DNA of 63,061 bases, the filler included, from Licmophora abbreviata (lineage: Eukaryota), in assembly GCA_900291995.1 (NCBI GenBank). It is 11 parts of 11 records of this genome, joined end to end, with 100 filler letters (N's around TTAATTAATTAA, not from the genome) between each part and the next. Parts side by side here need not be neighbours in the genome. Positions count along the whole stretch, not along the records: positions 51,422 to 59,514 come from OLMU01003259.1; positions 59,615 to 63,061 come from OLMU01003261.1; 9 more parts are not named here. One strand, 5' to 3'. The translations under genes and the position numbers were made by a program. This document shows, piece by piece, positions 56,369 to 63,061 of this stretch. The number at the start of each line of letters is the position of its first letter. Position 1 is the first letter of the stretch. The notes beneath the pieces were generated by a model. The model had not been told where the DNA came from. It ran no database searches and saw only the letters and a list, made by a program, of their open reading frames with translations.

Positions 56369-59300
56369 ATGCTTACGAAGTTTGAAAGCAAGTCGGCACG
56401 TGTCAAGGGCTTGGCGTTTCACCCGGTGCGGCCGTGGGTGTGCGCATCCTTGCACAATGGCGCCATTCAGCTGTGAGTAGCGACGCGTGGTGGCTACGCG
56501 TACGAGGCAGTACTGATTCTACGCGAATCTTTGCCGAATGACCATGGCGTGTACGGGTGTGCACCTCTCTCCCTGTTGGATCCTCTTGTCATCGCTCACT
56601 CCTCTCTCTCTCTCTCCACCAACTCGCTTTCTCGCGCACTCACAGCTGGGACTACCGCGTAGGCACTGTCATTGATCGTTTCGAAGAGCACGACGGCCCC
56701 GTGAGAGGCGTCGACTTTCACCTCCACGAACCACTCATTGTCAGTGGAGGAGACGACTACAAGATCAAGGTGTGGGACTACAAGCTGCGTCGCTGTCTCT
56801 TTACTCTTCTTGGACATCTCGACTACATTCGGACTGTCCAGTTTCATCCCAACGCTACGCAGTTTCCCTGGATTCTCAGCGCTTCCGATGATCAGACGCT
56901 GCGACTCTGGGACTTCCACAAGCGCACGTGTCTCAGTGTGCTCACTGGACACAACCATTACGTCATGTGCGCGGCATTCCATCCCTCCGAAGATCTCATT
57001 GTCAGTGCCTCGCTCGACCAGACGGTTAGGGTGTGGGATACAACCGGACTCCGCAAAAAGCAAATGGGACAAGGTCACGAACCTATGCATCCGTCGTCGA
57101 TGGACATGCCAGGACAGAGTCGGACAGGAGCGGCAGCGCTTAATGTTCAAGCAGAACTCTTTGGTACCAACGATGTCGTCGTCAAGTACGTTCTGGAGGG
57201 ACATGATCGCGGAGTCAATTGGGCTTCCTTTCATCCCACTCTTCCCTTGCTGGCATCGGCTGCGGACGATCGTCAAGTCAAATTGTGGCGCATGAGTGAA
57301 ACCAAGGCATGGGAAGTCGATACGCTTCGTGGACATGCTAACAACGTATCCTCGTGTCTCTTCCATCCCAAACACGAGCTCGTTGTCAGTAACAGTGAGG
57401 ATCGTAGTATTCGTGTCTGGGATGTCAGCAAGCGTGTCGGTGTGCAGACATTCCGGAGGGAAGGCGATCGCTTTTGGATTCTCGCCGCCCATAGGACCCA
57501 GAATCTATTGGCGGCGGGACATGATTCCGGTATGATTGTCTTTAAGCTCGAGCGCGAGCGCCCTGCCTCGGCCTACGGTCCTACCAACAAGATGTACTAT
57601 GTCCGCGGGCGCGAGCTGTTCTGTCACGACTATGCGCGGGCGACGGGAGGAGGGTCGGGAGTTGATGTGCCGATTGCCTCGCTTCGACGTGTCGGACAAC
57701 AGGCGCAGACGGACGGGATTGGCTCTGCCCCACGGTATCTTACCTACAACCAGCACAATCCTTCCGAGGGAAACGTGTTGGTTTGCAGTGAGGTCGATGG
57801 AGGTTCCTACGAACTCGTTACATTCTCCCTCAGCAACGCCAGTGGCTCCATCACGGATGGCAAGCGCGGGAACTGTTTGGGCCCTGCCATCTTCTTGGGT
57901 CGCAACCGCTTTGCCGTACTGGACCGCCATCAGCGTCAGATTGTCGTCAAGAATTTGAACAACGAAACGACCAAGCGTGTCCAGCCGCCGGTCCCCAACG
58001 TCGATGCGCTGCTCGAGGGCGGAGCGTCCGGACGTATCTTGCTGCGTGCCGAGGATCGCGCCATTTTGTTTGAAGTGCAGAGTCGACGTGTGTTGGGAGA
58101 AATCACTGCTCCTAAGATCAAGAGTGTCGTCTGGTCTCCGGATGGATCAAAGGTTGCGATTCTCTGCAAGTACGGCGTCGTCATTGCCGATCGTCAGCTC
58201 GAGCAGCTTTGTTCCATCAGCGACAATGTGCGAGTTAAGTCGGGAGCATGGGATGTCAGTCCTACCGGTGGTACCAGCTCCCAGCTCTTTGTGTACACCA
58301 CGTTGCACCATGTCAAGTATTGTCTGCCATCGGGTGACACTGGTACGATCCGTACCTTGGATAATCCTCTCTACGCCATGCGCGTCGTCAAGGACCAGCT
58401 CTTTTGTTTGGACCGCGAAGCACGTGCTCGTGTCATTAGTATTGACACTACGGAAGCTCGCTTCAAGCTGGCCCTTGCCAACAAGCGTTACGGTCAAGTC
58501 ATGCACATGGTGCGTCACAGTCGCCTCTGCGGACGTGCTATTGTGGCGTACCTGCAGAGTAAGGGCTTTCCTGAAGTCGCTCTGCACTTTGTGCGAGAAC
58601 CTCGTACCCGCTTCCGTCTGGCATTGGCGTGTGGTAACATTGAGGCTGCCATGGAGAGTGCGTTTGCGCTCGAGCAGCAGGCCTCCGAGAGTGGACGTGA
58701 TGTCTGGGGAGAGCTTGGTAGTGAGGCGTTGCGTCAAGGTAACCATCAGGTTGTCGAGATGAGTTATCAGCGGACCAAGGACTTTGACCGACTTTCTTTC
58801 TTGTACCTTCTCACGGGAGACTCGGAAAAGCTTCGCAAGATGCTAAAGATTTCCAACATGCGTCAAGACATTATGGGTCGTTACCACAATGCCCTCTTGC
58901 TTGGTGATGCGGCCGAGCGTGTGGCCGTCTTGGAGGAAAGCGGCAACTTGCCTCTCGCCTACATTAGTGCCAAGATGCATGGGCTTGATGAGGCGGCGGA
59001 GCGCATCAAGATTACAATTGAAACCAACGATGGTACCGTGGAAGGACTCATGGAGAAGGCCATGGGTGCTTCTTCCAAGTCGAGCAGCTGTCTCCTTCAA
59101 CCTCCGACACCCATTGTGAGATCTGACAACTGGCCGACACTGGAAGTGCAGAAGACTACCCTCGAAGACTTGTCGGCTGCCGAAGTGACTGAAAACGGCG
59201 AAGAATACCACGACGCCGCACCCGCGATCGAGACAAATGGACATGCCGCTGATGCTGCGGGCGAGTGGGAGGATGGCGGATTCGATGATGTTCCCGACAA

Positions 59301-59514
59301 GGAGGAGGTCGATGACATGGACTTCGGCGACGATGGCGACTGGGGCGATGATCTCGACGACCTGGGTGACCTGGGCGGCGACGATCACGTCAAGGAAACG
59401 GATGAGATGGCTATCTTGGATGACGTGGCGGACGATGCCACCTTCCAGATGCCGACGGCAGGTCGACCACCGACGGGATGCTGGGTGGCAAACAGCTCGC
59501 ATGCAGCCGATCAT
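56369..59514 (+). CDS. COPA: Coatomer subunit alpha; intron 56473-56645; 3' end in gap
   Basis: [19 protein letters not shown]...QL|WDYR, WD40 repeats, KLERERP and [14 protein letters not shown]. Confidence 0.97.
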
Positions 59515-59614
59515 NNNNNNNNNNNNNNNNNNNNNNNNNNNNNNNNNNNNNNNNNNNNTTAATTAATTAANNNNNNNNNNNNNNNNNNNNNNNNNNNNNN
59601 NNNNNNNNNNNNNN

Positions 59615-59751
59615 ATCGGTGACGAAGGAGTGGGCCCTGTGGGGGAGCCCGGGATCGAACTCGGTCCGTTGGCTTCCGTGGGGGTGCCCGGACGGGGTCC
59701 CGATTCGGAAATGACCTCTGTGTTCCCGCCAAACCAATTCCGGCCGCTCAT
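59615..59751 (-). CDS. Possible Pro/Ser/Gly-rich N-terminus of a gene running into the gap
   Basis: ATG ORF open to the contig edge; GC-rich relative to the upstream DNA. Confidence 0.3.
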
Positions 59752-60579
59752 CCTTACTTTATCTCGTTATGAATCTCACTATCCTACACGGGGGGTCGTA
59801 TGATACAGATTGAAATGGGGGGGGAGTGGGAGCAACCGGCGATACAAATGACGCGGGAATCTCTTGGACAGCCGATGTCACAATGCGGCGTGGTGGTGGC
59901 TCTTGTAGAGAGTTCATAATCGATCGAATTTTGCGGGAACCGATGGAGCGCGCACCTCCATCACATACGTAGCTACATGCTTGTATACTTATTTATAAGT
60001 CTTGCTCAAACAAATTCGCATTTGCAGTTGACACTCTTTATGCCAAATACTGCCTCAACGCTTCAACGCTCCAATAATTTATCTGTATTCATATGTATAT
60101 AAAAATAACACTTCGACCTCTATATTCGGACGTCCGCATCGATGAAACTGAAAACAGAGAGGGGTGCGAGACGAGATTTGTGAGGCGTCCTTTGTTCTGT
60201 TCATGTGTTGATTGATTGATCGTTTTGTATCGGACGGCTGACCGCTACGCTACCCGGTTGCATACGACCTACAAACACAATGGAGTTATCAGGAAGCTCT
60301 AGAGTCCTGTAGGATCACGACTAAACTTTCTGTACGATCAACCTAGCTAGAGCCAGACAGTGGATATATAGATTCCTTTCAAGACGAATGAATCACACGG
60401 TGTATGTTTCAAGTCCTTTCGCAAGTTGTTTGCCACACCTATAATATTCCCTACTTAGTCAACTAACTCTGAGCCGAAGCAAACCGTGCCCTGATACCAT
60501 GTACACATACCATAATTGCAAAATATACAGCTCAGCCGATCCATCCTCAAGAGTACCCCTATTTCACGTCTCGATCCAT

Positions 60580-61864
60580 TCAAACAGCAGCCTTATCGGC
60601 CGCACGAGCACGCTTGGGTGTTCCCTGGGAGGCAGTGCTTCCCGACACATGCGGAGGCGGCGCAGCAGGCAATGCCATATACAACTGACGCTTTCGGTTG
60701 TTGAGTTCCTCAAGCGGGATGATGCCTTCGAATTCCTTGAGCAAATCCAAATGCTGGCGCACTTCCTGCAAGACCGTGCGGCGGCCATCCGTATCGCGAG
60801 GAGCATCCGAGCCTTGGACAATCGACTCCAGCTCGGCATCGTTCAAGTCGTGTTCCCTGCTGGCCTGAGCAGCGGCGGCTGCGACGGCAGCGTCTTGGGC
60901 AGACTGCGCCATGGCGCTTTCGGCCGAGGCCGTCGCGGGAGCAAGAACAATGGTCTGGGCATCCTTCGGAGGGCGCTCTTGGGGAACCAAAACAGGTTTG
61001 GGGGGGACGGCCGGAGGAAGGTCCGGGCTCAAGTCAGCTCCGCGGTAGAACATGCGATAGCAGAGCATACAGTGGTTGTGCGAGAACTGGTACAAGGCAA
61101 CAAGCGAACGACGCGAAGGTGAGAAATGAACCATGCAAGACTCGTTCTAACGATTGTCATCCCAGAGTTAGTACCTGCCATGATTCCGGGCAAGGCTTGC
61201 CCTTATGCTCGGCGTTTGCCTCTTCCTGCGGATGCGACCGAAGAATGATTCACGAGGCTCATGGGTCAGTCGTGGCACACAAAGGGTATCATTGTTGCAA
61301 CTAGTCATACTGTGACTTACCCACTGGTGCTGGAGAAAGGCGTGACAGGCTTCGTCATGCGAGCGATTCGCAATAAAGGGCGTGATCTTTTGGGCGATTT
61401 TGTTGACCTCCTTTTCGATGTTCTTGCCTCGCTTCCAGGCAGTGTCCGGCTGAAGAGGTTCTTTACTGGTGCCAGTGCGCCACATGATTTCCAATTTCTG
61501 GTGATCCAGGAGGTCCGTCGTCTGGACGAGGTAGTTGGCCATATCCCAGAACGCGATCTTGCGTTGAAAGGGACGCATCGCTGGAAGCTTGGAAGCCAAA
61601 ACGCGGTAGGCTGGGATATGAAGACAAATCGCGACTAGAGTGAGAGGAAAGTTCATGGGGGCTTACCAGTGTTGATTCCTATAGGCAACGTTGAAACTAA
61701 CCTTCGAAGAGAACACAGGACTGAATGCTGCGTCGCATGGACAGGTCGTAGCCGCGAGGCCCCATGGCCTGCTTCAAACGTTCGTTGAAGCTCGCCATAC
61801 TCCCTTTGTTGGACTGCACGTCAGCCAAGTACGTTACTTTCTGCTTGGGGTGAATCTGTGACAT
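60580..61864 (-). CDS. Four-exon hypothetical protein (exons 61702-61864, 61321-61610, 61175-61225, 60580-61086)
   Basis: Three phase-consistent GT-AG introns give one continuous frame; C-terminal helical motif EVRQHLDLLKEFEGII...RKRQLYMALP. Confidence 0.68.
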
Positions 61865-62561
61865 GAACAAGAGATCCTTTGAGTGAGAACAGTGCATGTT
61901 GACAAGTGTCTCTTGCTATCATAGGTGTGTGGCATCTGCATGACCTGCCAGCAAAGAATTGGACATTCGCAGGCCTAGATGAGAAGGCAACAATGACACA
62001 ATTCCAACAGCGAGGCAGTAGCGCGAGGCCGCAGCAGGACGGCGAGGCTGGGAGTGAGTTTCTGCTATTGAAGGCTCTTCGACGCTGCGTCTCCTTTTCC
62101 CATTGAGCCGTTCCACTGACCACGAGAAGGTATTTGAAAAGTTGTTGTTACTTGCCTTGCCTGTTTTGTCAGATCACATTAAGATTGGACAACCAAAGTG
62201 ATCCAAAATGAGGGTTTCGTCGACAACAGCAGCCAAAATGAAGCTTCTCGTCCATCTATCGCACAAGAAATTTGCAAGGATCATCAAATCTGCAACTCAT
62301 TCGTACAACCTGTACTGACTTGTACGGACAGTACTAGTGACACGTTGCTCCTACGACCTGGATTCGAATGTGCAATCAAAAAAATCATACCAGTATGTCT
62401 GTCGCCCGTTCGACAGCTCAAAATTGTTTCAAACTGGCCTGCCTTCGGTCCTGCTTCTTGCCTTTCTCTCTACACATTAGTTCCGAATTCAAGAACGTTG
62501 TCGGGATAGTCTAGTCTAGATATAGGTACTGCTTGTGCAGATTGTCATCTATGCAGTTGCG

Positions 62562-63061
62562 TTACTGGGCTACTGCTCCGTCAGCGCATTGGAATTGGAA
62601 GGGCTTGAAAGGTCGCTTTTCCATCGGCGGTCCCGGGTTTGCTTCCAACAAATCATAGAGCTCTTGGTTGGGCTTCTCGAAGCGTCTCGCCCATCTTTCT
62701 TGCGATGGACAATCCAGTGGCGGTGTCGGGACATGTTGGTGATTGAACTGCCGACCTTTTAGATTGCCAGATATTGGAAATCCCAAGAACTGATGAATTC
62801 GCAAATACACATCTGTTTCGTTCGTCTTGAAATCGTCGTAGTTGATAATCAAGATCTGTTGGCGATCAAAGTAGTGAAACCATTTTCTCAGCCAGTGAGC
62901 ATAGAGACCAATACTTGTGAATCGAACAAGGGGGAGCTCAACAAGGGGCAGCACAATGGCAGAATAACTGGAAAACGTCGGCGTAAGATAGCGAAGCCAG
63001 GGAGAGGGCGTGTCGTTCCCCCCTAAAGCCATTCTCACCACGTGTTGGTACCAACTGATTT
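62562..63061 (-). CDS. Sulfotransferase (heparan-sulfate sulfotransferase-like), 3' part
   Basis: GLYAHWLRKWFHYFDRQQILIINYDDF...IHQFLG and FEKPNQELYDLL. Confidence 0.75.
   Translation of the reverse strand, partial: ISWYQHVVRMALGGNDTPSPWLRYLTPTFSSYSAIVLPLVELPLVRFTSIGLYAHWLRKWFHYFDRQQILIINYDDFKTNETDVYLRIHQFLGFPISGNLKGRQFNHQHVPTPPLDCPSQERWARRFEKPNQELYDLLEANPGPPMEKRPFKPFQFQCADGAVAQ

Noticed and set aside
56596..59514. Long antisense ORFs opposite COPA (also opposite the SDR and the coiled-coil gene)
   Set aside because: Shadow ORFs produced by codon bias of the real genes
59640..59670. tRNA-like T-arm on the minus strand (CCGAGTTCGATCCCGGG)
   Set aside because: Imperfect stem, and no D arm, anticodon arm or acceptor pairing found

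Overview
Gene-dense eukaryotic nuclear DNA from a photosynthetic ochrophyte, most likely a diatom: short GT-AG introns of about 70-240 nt, several signal peptide + ASAF-type plastid presequences, and a Pol III tRNA gene. The window is 11 contig pieces joined by artificial 100-nt N-ttaattaattaa-N linkers. At five linkers the flanks overlap or abut in frame, which lets three split genes be rebuilt. It holds about 35 protein genes, including CSTF2, glutaredoxin, DCTN4, PEX1, tRNase Z, a RING-BRCT protein, a BT1 transporter, a PDR-type ABCG, DDX27, LTV1 and COPA, plus tRNA-Glu(TTC). The most notable observations are: a 227-bp MITE with perfect 16-bp TIRs and a 9-bp TSD just upstream of PEX1; a TPR + PDK1-like kinase + degenerate metallophosphoesterase fusion; a secreted TIMP/NTR-like protein with Cys-rich repeats split by a linker; a divergent VDE-like lipocalin next to a membrane SDR; a strongly asymmetric ABCG; and several bacterial-like intronless enzymes. 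Several single-base frameshifts look like sequencing errors. All family calls come from motif recognition only, with no database searches, and I found no clear multi-gene novel system.
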